From Candidatus Zhuqueibacterota bacterium (GTDB taxonomy: Bacteria > SM23-31 > JBHPGK01): a stretch of 64,000 nucleotides of DNA. Position 1 is the stretch's first letter, and each line of letters opens with the position of its first letter. Under the pieces are notes generated by a model that ran no database searches, was not told the DNA's origin, and saw only the letters and a program-made list of their open reading frames with translations. A program made the position numbers and the translations under genes. Positions 19,483 to 29,888 of this stretch are shown piece after piece. The stretch lies in the NCBI GenBank assembly GCA_042570605.1, contig JBHPGK010000001.1:8644-72643 (forward strand), in the 5' to 3' direction.

Positions 19483-19840
19483 TTAATAATTCCTCTAATT
19501 TATCAAGAACATCTTCCCATTTGAACGGTTTCGGGATAAAACCTTCAGCCCCTATCTCATAAGCTTTTTTTATATCCGATTCATAAGATTTTGCAGAAAC
19601 AAAAATCACATGAATGTACTTCAATTCATCGTCTGACTTGATCTCCTGGCAAATGGAAAATCCATGAACGAAAGGCAGAAGAATATCCAGAATGACAAGA
19701 TCAGGTTTCCACTGTCTTACTTTCTCCATAGCTTTTCGCCCGTCAGATACCCCGATAACGGAATAATTGTATAACTGCAGATTATCGATGAAAAGCTTAA
19801 CAATGTCTTCATCATCGTCAATGATCAATATTTTTTTCAT
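19472..19840 (-). CDS. Single-domain response regulator (CheY-like receiver).
   Basis: ILIIDDDEDIV...LVILDILLP receiver motifs are present. It is 122 aa. Confidence 0.7.
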   Translation of the reverse strand: MKKILIIDDDEDIVKLFIDNLQLYNYSVIGVSDGRKAMEKVRQWKPDLVILDILLPFVHGFSICQEIKSDDELKYIHVIFVSAKSYESDIKKAYEIGAEGFIPKPFKWEDVLDKLEELLSEN

Positions 19841-19842
19841 AA

Positions 19843-21573
19843 TTACATCTTTTCCGGTGCTTCCATAGATAAAAGGCGCAGTCCCTCTTTCAAAACGATC
19901 CCGGTTGATTTTGTAAGGAGTACCCTTTCTTTAGACAAAGTTTCTGATTCAGCGCTTAAAATGGAAAATTTATTATAAAATTTGTTAAAAATTCGGGCAA
20001 GGTCATATAAATACACTGAAATTCTCGAAGGATTCCGGCTGATCGCTGCTTCACTTACATATTTTTTAAATAAAAATATCTGTTTTGCAATATTCAGTTC
20101 TTCTTCATTCCCGATCTCCAATAATTCCTCGGATTTTTGTATCTTTTCCTTAACATTTTTCAAAACACTTGAAATTCTCGCATAGGTATATTGGATATAT
20201 GGTCCTGTATCACCGTCAAAACTTATTGATTCATCAGGATTAAAATGAATATCTTTTAGCGGGTGAACCTTAAGAATATAGTATTTAATTGCCCCGATCC
20301 CAACCTGTTCAGAGATTTGGTTTAATTCCTTTGCACTAAAATCCCTGTTCTTTTTCCTGATCTCTTTTTTAACAAGATTTTTCATCTCATCCATTAACTC
20401 ATCAGCATCAACAACTTTCCCCTCCCTTGATTTCATTTTACCCTCCGGCAAATAGACCATCCCGTAACCAAAATGAAAACATTTATCAGCCCAGTCGTAA
20501 CCGAGTTTTTTCAAAATAGTGAAAAGTATCTTAAAATGAAATTTCTGTTCCGAAGCTACAACAAAAACCGACAGGTCGGGTGAAAAATCATCAAACTTCA
20601 ATTTCGTCGTTCCGATATCCTGGGTAATATAAACAGAGGTCCCGTCCCTTCTCAAAAGGACTTTAACGCCAAGGTCGTCTTTTGAGAGATCTATAATGAC
20701 CTCTCCTTTATGATTCTTTGTGCATATATTTTTTTCCAGAGCGTCAAGGACCATCTGTCTCCCAAGCCTGAAAGTATCACTTTCATAGTAAATTTTGTCG
20801 AACCGGCATCCAAGCCTGTTGTATGTTTTCTGAAATCCCTTGTAAACCCATCTGTTCATTTTCCGCCACAGTGTTAATACGCTTTCCACACCCTGTTCCC
20901 ACTGCCTCAGCATTTCATATGCTTCATTGAGAAGATCAGGATTTTCCTTGGATTTCTGCTCGAACATCACATAATAATCGCCTACAAAATGGTCTCCCTT
21001 CTTCCGGGCGGATGATGGAGCTTTGTTCTCTCCCCACTTTTGATAAGCGATCATGGACTTGGTTATGTGAATACCGCGGTCATTGATCAGATTTACTCTC
21101 GCTACATCATATCCTGCCTTTTCAAAGATATTGCCTAACGATACACCGAGAACATTGTTTCTGATATGCCCCAGGTGCTGGGGTTTATTGGTATTCGGAG
21201 CAGAATATTCTATCATTATTGTCTGGTCACTACCAAAATCTGAGCTGCCAATCCTTTTCCCGAGATCCAGTGTTTTGTTAACAACAGACCTGATAAAATC
21301 CTTTTTTTCAAGAATAATATTAATAAAAGGACCTTCAGCTTCGATCTTACTTGTAAAAGGCAGCCCGCCAATTTTTTCAACTATTTCATCTGCGATCTCT
21401 TTTGGATTTTTCTTCAGCAGCTTTGCCAGAAAAAAACAGTCGAATCCAAAATCCCCTTTGGCATCTTCCGGTGTTGGTTCAAGTCTGATCTCATATTCTT
21501 GCTTTCCCAGTTCCGGAAAACTTTTCCTAATCCCCTTATCGATACTTTTATTTAATATGTCTATTGTTTCCAT
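19843..21573 (-). CDS. argS: Arginine--tRNA ligase.
   Basis: It has a HIGH-type motif (PQHLGHIRN), a KMKSREGK (KMSKS) motif and the ArgRS anticodon-binding C-terminus. Confidence 0.9.
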   Translation of the reverse strand: METIDILNKSIDKGIRKSFPELGKQEYEIRLEPTPEDAKGDFGFDCFFLAKLLKKNPKEIADEIVEKIGGLPFTSKIEAEGPFINIILEKKDFIRSVVNKTLDLGKRIGSSDFGSDQTIMIEYSAPNTNKPQHLGHIRNNVLGVSLGNIFEKAGYDVARVNLINDRGIHITKSMIAYQKWGENKAPSSARKKGDHFVGDYYVMFEQKSKENPDLLNEAYEMLRQWEQGVESVLTLWRKMNRWVYKGFQKTYNRLGCRFDKIYYESDTFRLGRQMVLDALEKNICTKNHKGEVIIDLSKDDLGVKVLLRRDGTSVYITQDIGTTKLKFDDFSPDLSVFVVASEQKFHFKILFTILKKLGYDWADKCFHFGYGMVYLPEGKMKSREGKVVDADELMDEMKNLVKKEIRKKNRDFSAKELNQISEQVGIGAIKYYILKVHPLKDIHFNPDESISFDGDTGPYIQYTYARISSVLKNVKEKIQKSEELLEIGNEEELNIAKQIFLFKKYVSEAAISRNPSRISVYLYDLARIFNKFYNKFSILSAESETLSKERVLLTKSTGIVLKEGLRLLSMEAPEKM

Positions 21574-21635
21574 ATACTTACTTATATTTCCCTTTAATAT
21601 TGTACAGACTTTGTATTAAAACTACTAACTCTTCT

Positions 21636-21700
21636 CCTAATTCCTAATTCTTAATTCCTAATTCTTAATTCTTAATTAATAATTATTAATTGTTAATTCC
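21636..21700. repeat. AT-rich microsatellite (TAATTC/TTAATT units).
   Basis: ctaattcctaattcttaattcctaattcttaattcttaattaataattattaattgttaatt lies between the cstA 3' end and the argS start. Confidence 0.7.
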
Positions 21701-23284
21701 CCTCACTTTCTTAAAAGCCAGTCCTGCCTGGACAACTGCAACAATAAAGAGCAGGAGGCTCAAAAAACTTAATAAATACTGACCCTTTGAAAATGTATTT
21801 AAAATCAGCACAAACAGTGCAGATAATGCAACAACAAACATAAATATCATCGGGATAATGGTAAACCACGATTTTATTTTTTTACCTGAAAGCCAGATCG
21901 TAACGGCAAGCAGCGCCAATGCCGCCAGGAGCTGGTTTGCCGATCCGAACAGCGGCCAGATAACCTGCCATTTCCCGGATAGTGCCAGGACAGATGCCGC
22001 TGCAACAGTAATTACAGTTGCAATATACCTGTTACTGCCCAAAATTGAACTCTTTGCTTCACCTCTTTTCGAAAAAAACTCCTGGAAAGTATACCTTCCA
22101 AGGCGTGTAGCTGTATCAAGTGTGGTCAAAGCAAAGGCTGATACAGCCAGGGAGGTGAATATAACTCCTACTCTATGCGGAACTCCAAAACTGTTAAAGA
22201 ACGACGCAACTCCCTCGGAAAAAAGACCAACGGGATTTGAACTAAGCTCCGCATACCGGCTTTTTGTCAGAATTATTACCGTGATGATAGAGATCACCGC
22301 CAGCAGGCTTTCGATCAACATGCCTCCATAACCGATTACACGCGCATCGCTTTCTTTATTCAATTGCTTAGAGGTCGTACCGGAAGCTACAAGTGAATGA
22401 AAACCCGATATTGCTCCACAGGCAACTGTAACGAACAGGATCGGGAATAGATAGCCTAAATTCTGGTTAAAACCGGTATAACCTACATACTGAATTGAGG
22501 GACGCAGGATAAAAATCCCAATAAAAGCACCTGCGATAAGGACATACAGCAAAAATGAATTCAGATAATCTCTCGGCTGCAGGAGAATCCATACCGGTAC
22601 AACCGACGCAATAATAACATATCCGAGTAACAGGTACGTCCATGAAGAGATAGAAAGCTGCAGCGGAAACAAAACACCAAGATATATACAGAATCCCAGG
22701 AGTGCTACCCCGATAACTGATGCGGCACCAAGAGGGATATTCCTCCTGTAAACTCCAAATCCAAAGACTACTGCAAGGATAATAAACAGTATAGAGGCAG
22801 TCCCGGCTTCAGGTATTCTGTTGAAAGTTCTTGCCACTATTATGGTAAAAGCTGCAATAACCAGTATTAAGGTTGCCCAGGCAAATATCAGGAATAGTTT
22901 TTTTCCGAATGATCCGAGTTTTTCCTCGATCACTTCACCGATCGATCTGCCCTGATGCCGAATTGAAGCGGTCAGGGAAACAAAATCGTGAACCGCACCG
23001 ATAAATATTCCGCCGATTATTATCCACAGGTAAACAGGTATCCAGCCGTAGGTAGCCGCAACAACAGGACCGATAATAGGTGCAGCGCCGGCAATAGATG
23101 CGAAATGATGACCAAGCAGCACAGGAGCTTTCGCGGGGAGATAGTCGACCCCGTCCCTGTTTGTATGCGCCGGCGTTTCACGGCTGTTGTCTATACCGAG
23201 TTTTGCGGATATATATTTCGAGTAAAACCTGTATCCCAAAATGAAAAAAACAACTGCTGCCAATACCAAAAAAACCGAGTTCAA
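21686..23284 (-). CDS. cstA: Carbon starvation protein A family transporter.
   Basis: It is a multi-TM protein with GHHFASIAGAAPIIGPV and GAVHDF motifs typical of CstA. Confidence 0.85.
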   Translation of the reverse strand: MNSVFLVLAAVVFFILGYRFYSKYISAKLGIDNSRETPAHTNRDGVDYLPAKAPVLLGHHFASIAGAAPIIGPVVAATYGWIPVYLWIIIGGIFIGAVHDFVSLTASIRHQGRSIGEVIEEKLGSFGKKLFLIFAWATLILVIAAFTIIVARTFNRIPEAGTASILFIILAVVFGFGVYRRNIPLGAASVIGVALLGFCIYLGVLFPLQLSISSWTYLLLGYVIIASVVPVWILLQPRDYLNSFLLYVLIAGAFIGIFILRPSIQYVGYTGFNQNLGYLFPILFVTVACGAISGFHSLVASGTTSKQLNKESDARVIGYGGMLIESLLAVISIITVIILTKSRYAELSSNPVGLFSEGVASFFNSFGVPHRVGVIFTSLAVSAFALTTLDTATRLGRYTFQEFFSKRGEAKSSILGSNRYIATVITVAAASVLALSGKWQVIWPLFGSANQLLAALALLAVTIWLSGKKIKSWFTIIPMIFMFVVALSALFVLILNTFSKGQYLLSFLSLLLFIVAVVQAGLAFKKVRGINN

Positions 23285-23298
23285 ACTTAGCTCCCTAA

Positions 23299-23634
23299 TT
23301 AAGCCTTATCACTCACCACTTCATTTATCCAGTTTAAATATTCCCTGCTACCCTGATCGATCCCGAATGAAATTATCTCCGGGACTTCATAACTGTGCAG
23401 TTCTTTTACTTCTTTTTCAATATCTTTGAATTTACCCTTAGTACTTTTTACCACCAGCAGGTATTCATCATCTCTGCAGAGTTCCTCTTTCCAGATATAA
23501 ACTGACTTTATCCCGGGAATAATATTCACACATGCCGCCAGTCTTTCTTCGACCAGTTTGAAAGCAATTTTTTCCGCTTCTTCATGAGAAGGGGCAGTTA
23601 TAAAAATAATGATATATTGTTGTTTTTCACTCAT
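23299..23634 (-). CDS. cutA: Divalent-cation tolerance protein CutA.
   Basis: IIFITAPSHEEAEKIAFKLVEERLAACVNIIPGIKSVYIWK is present. The track ORF has an N-terminal extension overlapping ggt. The true start is probably the internal Met in MSEKQQ. Confidence 0.7.
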   Translation of the reverse strand: MSEKQQYIIIFITAPSHEEAEKIAFKLVEERLAACVNIIPGIKSVYIWKEELCRDDEYLLVVKSTKGKFKDIEKEVKELHSYEVPEIISFGIDQGSREYLNWINEVVSDKA

Positions 23635-23635
23635 A

Positions 23636-25360
23636 TTAATAACCTGCCGCTTTTCCCTCGAGCCGCGGATCAGCAGCGCCGAATAAAAGCTTATTCTTAG
23701 CGTCATACAGGATCGAATGGGCATCGCCGATTGAACCTCTTTCCTTCACTTCATGCCCCATTTTTCTAAGATTTTCAATAACATCAACAGGCAGCCCCTT
23801 TCTTTCGGGCTGTATCCTGTCCGGGAACCATTGATGATGTATCCGCACCGCATTAACGGCATCCTGTATGTTCATTTTATGGTCTATAACATTCATTATC
23901 ACCTGGAAAACAGTTGTGATTATTGTAGCGCCTCCCGGTGTACCGGTTACCATAAAAAGTTCTCCGTCTTTTTCTACGATGGTTGGCGTCATACTGCTCA
24001 GCATCCTTTTACCCGGCTGAATGGAATTTGCATACCCTCCGATAAGACCGTAAATATTAGGATACCCCGGTTTTATACTGAAATCGTCCATTTCGTTGTT
24101 CAACAAAAATCCCGCACCATCAATTACTACATGAGAACCGTACCCGCCGTTAAGCGTGGTTGTAGTTGCCACAGCATTACCCCATCTATCTACAACAGAA
24201 TAGTGGGTTGTCTCCTCGCTTTCATACCCAGCGGGTTTGCCGTGTGATATTTCCCTGCTGTCTGAAGCAAGGTCTGTTTTAATTGATTTACGGAGCTTTG
24301 CAGCATATTCCTTAGATATCAATCCTTCTACAGGAATATTTACATAATCCGGGTCCCCGAGATATTCAGCCCTGTCTGCATAAACCCTTCGTTCAGCTTC
24401 TGTCAGAAGATGTATGGTTTTCGATGAGTTATGTCCCAGGCTTCCAATATCATATTCTTCAACGATATTTAATAGTTGGGCTATAGCGACACCCCCGGAA
24501 CTGGGCGGGGACATTGAAATTATATTATACCCCCTGTAATCAAATTCTATTGGTTTTCTGATTTCAGCCTCATAGTCTTCGAGGTCCTCAGCAGTAATGC
24601 TGCCGCCGTTCGATTTCATTTGTTTTTCTATGAGTTGAGCGGTTTTTCCTTTATAAAAACCGTCATTCCCTTTTTCAGCAATTAATTTTAATGTTTTGGC
24701 AAGGTCTTTCTGTATAAACATATCGCCGAATTCAAAATCCCCACCGTCCTGTTTGGTGAAGATTTTTGCGGATTCCGGAAATTTAACAAAGTCTTCTTTA
24801 TGCGCATTCAGTGACTTTGCAAATCCCCACGACACTTTAAAACCCTTCTCTGCAAGCCTGACAGCAGGTTTCAAAACCTCTTCTAAAGACATTGTGCCGT
24901 ATTTTTCGAGGGCAAGGTTCATTCCGGCAACTGCTCCCGGAACTCCCGAGGCAAGATACCCCAAAGTACTGGCGTCCTCTATTACCTCACCGTTTTCATC
25001 CAGGTACATCTTCTCATGAGCAGAGCCAGGGGCTTTTTCCCTGTAGTCGACCGCAGTTTTGCTGCCGTCTTTAAACCTGATAACCATAAATCCGCCGCCG
25101 CCGATATTGCCTGCGGCAGGGAAGGTAACGGCAAGTGCATAACCGACCGCAACCGCCGCATCAACTGCATTGCCGCCATTCTTAAGTATCTCAATTCCCG
25201 CTTGTGACGCAAGTTCATGTGTAGAAACAACCATTCCGTTTTTTGCAGCGACCGGATTGTGAGACGAAGATATTAAAATGCCGGATGTAGGATAAATGAT
25301 TGTAAATAAAATGATTAAACCATAAAACAGTCTTTTCATAAAATCCCCAAAATGTATCAA
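23636..25360 (-). CDS. ggt: Gamma-glutamyltransferase.
   Basis: It has the TTHYSVVD autoprocessing Thr region, GGGFMV, and a signal peptide. Confidence 0.9.
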   Translation of the reverse strand: MIHFGDFMKRLFYGLIILFTIIYPTSGILISSSHNPVAAKNGMVVSTHELASQAGIEILKNGGNAVDAAVAVGYALAVTFPAAGNIGGGGFMVIRFKDGSKTAVDYREKAPGSAHEKMYLDENGEVIEDASTLGYLASGVPGAVAGMNLALEKYGTMSLEEVLKPAVRLAEKGFKVSWGFAKSLNAHKEDFVKFPESAKIFTKQDGGDFEFGDMFIQKDLAKTLKLIAEKGNDGFYKGKTAQLIEKQMKSNGGSITAEDLEDYEAEIRKPIEFDYRGYNIISMSPPSSGGVAIAQLLNIVEEYDIGSLGHNSSKTIHLLTEAERRVYADRAEYLGDPDYVNIPVEGLISKEYAAKLRKSIKTDLASDSREISHGKPAGYESEETTHYSVVDRWGNAVATTTTLNGGYGSHVVIDGAGFLLNNEMDDFSIKPGYPNIYGLIGGYANSIQPGKRMLSSMTPTIVEKDGELFMVTGTPGGATIITTVFQVIMNVIDHKMNIQDAVNAVRIHHQWFPDRIQPERKGLPVDVIENLRKMGHEVKERGSIGDAHSILYDAKNKLLFGAADPRLEGKAAGY

Positions 25361-25596
25361 AGAAAAGTACTAAAATTAAGAAAAAAAGTCAATTTTTAAT
25401 TTGGAGGGTAAATTAGAGATGAAATTTGACCAAAATTTTTGAAAATCACATAGTGTAAGGGCGAAGCATTTTTAAAGTAATAATTCTTTTTTAAAGGAGG
25501 TTATTCATATAAAATGCTTCGCCCCTACTTTATCATAGAAACATTAATATGGCTTGTAAAATTTTTTATATTTGAAGTACAGAATAAGATAAAACC

Positions 25597-26412
25597 TCAA
25601 AAAATCATATTTTGTTGAATAAATACTATTGCCCCCGTTTCGGGGTGGCAGTAAAAAGTGACAAGCCCTGCATCTACACCTTTTAAAGCGTAGATAAATA
25701 TTTGAAGTCCATCGGTCTTATCATATATTTCGTATTCATGTTTGAAATTATAAGTATCATCCCTGCTGTAAGTATGTTCTTTTTCACCTGTAAAGTCATG
25801 ATATGTATACGTATAACCGATGATATTACTCATAATTTTATCTTTATCAAACTGTACAGGTTTTTCAATTTTTATATCCGGGATCAGACCGGACTGAATA
25901 CTTTTTATTCTGCCTTCTCCGGAGAAACATAAATAAAGAATATGCCGGCTCACAAAATCCCAGTGTTTTCCGTTTATACCGGTCTGAATGAACCTTACAC
26001 TGAATTCATCCCAATCATTACTTATATTAGAATTGTAAAATTCAAGATTCTGCGCACTGCACCCGAACAGGTCTTCCCATTCTGTATAAAACTGCAATGC
26101 TCTTTCAATGCAGTCATTCTCATCATTCAAATTAAGCCCCTCGCTGAACACTATGGGATATGGTCTCTGAAAGCTTGCTTTTTCAAGGTACGAAGATGCA
26201 GGATTGAAATCGAGGTCCCACAGGGTATTCAGGTTATTATATTCAGTTAAAAAACTGTCCCACTTTTCCTGTATTTTTTCGTCCCTTTCCCAGTTGTAGG
26301 AAATAATATAAGGGTTTTTTGAATAAACTGTATCATCCGAACCGGTCAAGGAACATGAAAAGAAGGTCAAATGAATCAAAAGGAAATATTTTATGATTTT
26401 TACACAAATCAT
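25597..26412 (-). CDS. Paralog 1 of the six-member tandem lipoprotein family (unknown function).
   Basis: It has the FFSCS lipobox-like N-terminus and shared motifs NPYIISYNWE..IQEKWDSFL, WEDLFGC..NLE and a C-terminal YCHPETGAI. Confidence 0.6.
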   Translation of the reverse strand: MICVKIIKYFLLIHLTFFSCSLTGSDDTVYSKNPYIISYNWERDEKIQEKWDSFLTEYNNLNTLWDLDFNPASSYLEKASFQRPYPIVFSEGLNLNDENDCIERALQFYTEWEDLFGCSAQNLEFYNSNISNDWDEFSVRFIQTGINGKHWDFVSRHILYLCFSGEGRIKSIQSGLIPDIKIEKPVQFDKDKIMSNIIGYTYTYHDFTGEKEHTYSRDDTYNFKHEYEIYDKTDGLQIFIYALKGVDAGLVTFYCHPETGAIVFIQQNMIF

Positions 26413-26440
26413 ATTATTTTATTGTTTTTAGAGTGTTATC

Positions 26441-27283
26441 TTAATAAATACTCACAAGTATTTTTTCTGTTGTTTCCGGATGATAGTAAATTGTACATTT
26501 ATAATTATGGTCATCTTCAATCCAATAATATTTGATTCCTTTCAAATAGTAAACATATGCCTTATTTTCGGTATATTGTAAATATATTTCAAAATCGTCT
26601 TTTATATTGTAACTGTCTTTTGAGGTGAACTCATGATCAGGATACATAATAGAGCTGCCTGATAAATGAAATTTATGTTTATATCCCATCGTGCTGTGAA
26701 TCATATTATGAATATATGCTTTTTCAGGTTTTTCAATTTCCACATCCGGATATAATGCAGAAACGATCTGCAACAATTCACCATTTGTATTTACTCTAAA
26801 TCTGATCCATCGTCTGTAAACAAATTTTACTCTCCTATTATTAAGTTTTACCTGTTCAAATCTATAATTAAAATAATTCCCATAAAGGCTGTAGTCGTCC
26901 AGACGTTCAAATTCCAGATTCTCCACTTTACACCCAAACAGATCCTGCCACTTTTCATAAAATCCTAACAGGTCAGGGATAAAATCTTCCTTATTCGAGC
27001 TTGTAATTGAATCCGGAATAATTTTTGGTAAATTATTTTCAAAATAAGTTTGCATTAAATAGGATGTAGGCTTCATGAAAATTGTACCCTTGTCCATTGT
27101 CGCAGCATTATAAAAATCCAGAAATTGTTCCCATCTATCCTGAATCTGATTTTCTTTTTCCCAGTTGTAGGATATGATCACGGGATTGGCTGTTGTACTT
27201 TTTTCATCAGTTCCTGTAAGGGAACAATTATGTATAATTAAGACCGCTAATGATAAGAATTTTAAATATTTTAGATAATACAT
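26441..27283 (-). CDS. Paralog 2 of the tandem lipoprotein family.
   Basis: NPVIISYNWEKENQIQDRWEQFL, WQDLFGC and a C-terminal YYHPETTEKI are present. Confidence 0.6.
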   Translation of the reverse strand: MYYLKYLKFLSLAVLIIHNCSLTGTDEKSTTANPVIISYNWEKENQIQDRWEQFLDFYNAATMDKGTIFMKPTSYLMQTYFENNLPKIIPDSITSSNKEDFIPDLLGFYEKWQDLFGCKVENLEFERLDDYSLYGNYFNYRFEQVKLNNRRVKFVYRRWIRFRVNTNGELLQIVSALYPDVEIEKPEKAYIHNMIHSTMGYKHKFHLSGSSIMYPDHEFTSKDSYNIKDDFEIYLQYTENKAYVYYLKGIKYYWIEDDHNYKCTIYYHPETTEKILVSIY

Positions 27284-27295
27284 ATTTTTTAAATT

Positions 27296-28135
27296 TTACA
27301 GAATTTTAATATGTATAATTTCCCCCGTTTCAGGGTGGTAATAAATAGTACATTTAATTGTAAATCCACGTTCGACCCATGAAAATACAATTCCTTTTAA
27401 ATAATAGGTCAGGAAATAATTTTCTTCATAATCTACAAATAGTTCAAAGCCGTCCTTTAATTCAAAACTGTCATTAATTGAGAAAGTATGTTTCTCCGGG
27501 TACGGAAAAGAAGACCAGAGTGGGGCATTTATTTCAAAAGTATGACCAATTGTATTGTTGATCATGCGGCTCAAAAATGCATTATCAGGAATATCTATTT
27601 CAACATCGGGAATAAGAGAAGATATTATTCTGGTCAATTGCCCGGATGAACTTATATAGAACTCAATAGACTGTATAAGAACAAACACGCAATCTATTTT
27701 ATTTAACCTTTTCTGGATAAAACGCATATAGAAAGATCCTGTATCGCTGTATCTAAAGATATTATACAACTCCAGGTTTTCAACTGAGCAGCCGAACAGG
27801 TCCTGCCATTTCTCATAAAATTCAAGAATTTCGTCAATTAACTCAGTCTGGTTTAATAATACCGCGGGATCGGTAATAACTACAGGAAGATTGTTATTAA
27901 ATTTTGCATAAGTCAAGTATGAAGTTGATTTTATGAAGCGTGTTTTTTCAGTATCAGGTTCTGCGTTATATAAAGTCAGGAACTCAGCCCATCGCTCTTT
28001 GATATTATTATCAATTCTTGGATCAAAAGCAGTAATCACAGGATTAGAAGAGGTGTTTATATTTTCTCCGGGTGAGAAAATATCCGAGCAGGAAAAAATC
28101 AACAAAAATAATATACAAATAATGATCTTTTTCAA
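27296..28135 (-). CDS. Paralog 3 of the tandem lipoprotein family.
   Basis: It has an FSCS lipobox and WQDLFGCSVENLE and YYHPETGEI motifs. Confidence 0.6.
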   Translation of the reverse strand: MKKIIICILFLLIFSCSDIFSPGENINTSSNPVITAFDPRIDNNIKERWAEFLTLYNAEPDTEKTRFIKSTSYLTYAKFNNNLPVVITDPAVLLNQTELIDEILEFYEKWQDLFGCSVENLELYNIFRYSDTGSFYMRFIQKRLNKIDCVFVLIQSIEFYISSSGQLTRIISSLIPDVEIDIPDNAFLSRMINNTIGHTFEINAPLWSSFPYPEKHTFSINDSFELKDGFELFVDYEENYFLTYYLKGIVFSWVERGFTIKCTIYYHPETGEIIHIKIL

Positions 28136-28173
28136 GAGAGTCTCCTTTTAAGGATCATTTTTGAAAACAATTT

Positions 28174-29004
28174 TTAATTAGAATTTATTAACACTATCTC
28201 CCCCGTTTCAGGGTGGCAGTATACTGAATAGGTACTCGAGCCGTCCTGTTCAATAACATTTACGCATTTTAAAAAATATACATAATATTCTAATTCCGTT
28301 CTCTCAACATATACATTAAAATTCTCGCTAACCTCGTACCGGTCATCCTCAGTAAAGACCCGCACTACTTCGCCTGAATTCGGCGGATACACATAAGAAT
28401 ACCCGATAATATTTGACAGTATTTTATCATGGTCATACCTGTCAGGAACGGTAAGACCAAGGTCGGGAACAAGGGAATTATACAAATACCTGAAATTACC
28501 TGAATCGGTCACACCAATTACTATCTCGGGATTAAGTATAAAGGAAACATCCTGACCGTTCAGTTTTTTTTGAATAAAACTTATAGTAAATAAACGAAAA
28601 TCTGACCGGTATTCGAATTTATACATAATAAGACTTTCCGCTCCCGTTCCGAACAAGCCTTTCCATGTATCCAGGAATTCCAGTACTTTCTCGATAACTG
28701 CGTCCCGGTCATAAGCAATAAGAGTATCAGAAATGATGCGCGGCTGAGTCGCCCAGAAATGTATGTCATCGATATACGATGTCACCGGATTAAAATCCAT
28801 TGTAACATAACCGTCCTGAGACATATTATGCTGAGTAAGAAATTCAGACCATTTTTCCCGGATCTGTTCATCCCGGTACTCACTGAAAACGATCTTGACC
28901 GGATTATTTGAGTAGGAATATTCTTCATTAAGGTCCAATGACCGTTTTGAACAGGAGAAAACAAGAAATAGTGTTAAATTAAGGATAATATTTCTTCTTG
29001 ACAT
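28174..29004 (-). CDS. Paralog 4 of the tandem lipoprotein family.
   Basis: It has an FSCS lipobox and a YCHPETGEIV motif. Its 5' end overlaps the upstream paralog by about 26 nt, so the start is uncertain. Confidence 0.55.
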   Translation of the reverse strand: MSRRNIILNLTLFLVFSCSKRSLDLNEEYSYSNNPVKIVFSEYRDEQIREKWSEFLTQHNMSQDGYVTMDFNPVTSYIDDIHFWATQPRIISDTLIAYDRDAVIEKVLEFLDTWKGLFGTGAESLIMYKFEYRSDFRLFTISFIQKKLNGQDVSFILNPEIVIGVTDSGNFRYLYNSLVPDLGLTVPDRYDHDKILSNIIGYSYVYPPNSGEVVRVFTEDDRYEVSENFNVYVERTELEYYVYFLKCVNVIEQDGSSTYSVYCHPETGEIVLINSN

Positions 29005-29848
29005 AAATTATCTCCCCCGTTTCAGGGTGGCAGTAAATGACAAATCCCCATATTGAATTGCCAGTGTCCTTGACTTCAATTCCCTTGAGAAAATACATAT
29101 TATAAAAGGTTTCTTTTCTTTCAATATGTATTTCAAATCCATCTCTTATTTTATGCAGGTTTCCTGTATTTATTTTAAATGTGTTGTAGCTGTGCATATT
29201 ATTAATAGAGTGCCCGATTATACTTTTCATAATTTTATCCATATTACATTCTTTTGGAAATTCAGGATAGTCATTTAAAAAAATAGTATTCCAGAATCCC
29301 GATAATTCGCCGGTTTCTTTGATTGAAAATATGATACCGGGCTGGTCTATGAAAGGAACTTCCCTTCCCCCTATCCCATACTGCCTGAAATTAATTCTGA
29401 ATTGTTTATCCTCCTCGTAATATTCACTGCTATATACTCTAAAATTTGCATTAACTGAACCAAAAAGGTCACTCCATTCAAATAAAAAATCAATCAATCT
29501 GTCTTCAAGTATTTCTTTGTTTTCTGGATTAAACTCCTCATTAAAAATAACAGGTTTATAATCATTAAAATGTGATGATTCAAAATAAAATGTTACCGGA
29601 TCAAAACGAAAGTTCCCTTTATAATTATCAGGAATATTATAGGCACTTAAAAAATCTGTAAATCTTTCCTGTACTATGAGGTTTATTTCGCCACTGGCTT
29701 TTAGCTGGAAAGGATTCTCAAAATATTCCTTATCTTCAGTTCCATTGATATTTGAACAGCTCAAAAAACAAAACAAAACCACAGACAATACAATATTATC
29801 AAACATTGTTTCAAAAAATTTGTCGGTAATTTTGTAAAAAATTTTCAT
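28979..29848 (-). CDS. Paralog 5 of the tandem lipoprotein family.
   Basis: It has an FLSCS lipobox, WSDLFG and YCHPETGEII motifs. The internal Met at 29806 is a possible start. Confidence 0.55.
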   Translation of the reverse strand: MKIFYKITDKFFETMFDNIVLSVVLFCFLSCSNINGTEDKEYFENPFQLKASGEINLIVQERFTDFLSAYNIPDNYKGNFRFDPVTFYFESSHFNDYKPVIFNEEFNPENKEILEDRLIDFLFEWSDLFGSVNANFRVYSSEYYEEDKQFRINFRQYGIGGREVPFIDQPGIIFSIKETGELSGFWNTIFLNDYPEFPKECNMDKIMKSIIGHSINNMHSYNTFKINTGNLHKIRDGFEIHIERKETFYNMYFLKGIEVKDTGNSIWGFVIYCHPETGEIIYVKKKYYP

Positions 29849-29888
29849 GCTTCAAAAATCGGTTTTATCATTATCAAACAAAAGAGAA

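Noticed and set aside
23635-23724. The N-terminal 30 aa of track ORF 23299-23724 (cutA).
   Set aside because: It overlaps the 3' end of ggt. CutA homology starts at the internal Met in MSEKQQYII.
25458-25526. Inverted repeat agggcgaagcatttt...aaaatgcttcgccct, as a terminator between ggt and the paralog array.
   Set aside because: The loop of about 38 nt is too large and there is no clear T-run on either strand. It is noted only as a palindromic element of unknown role.
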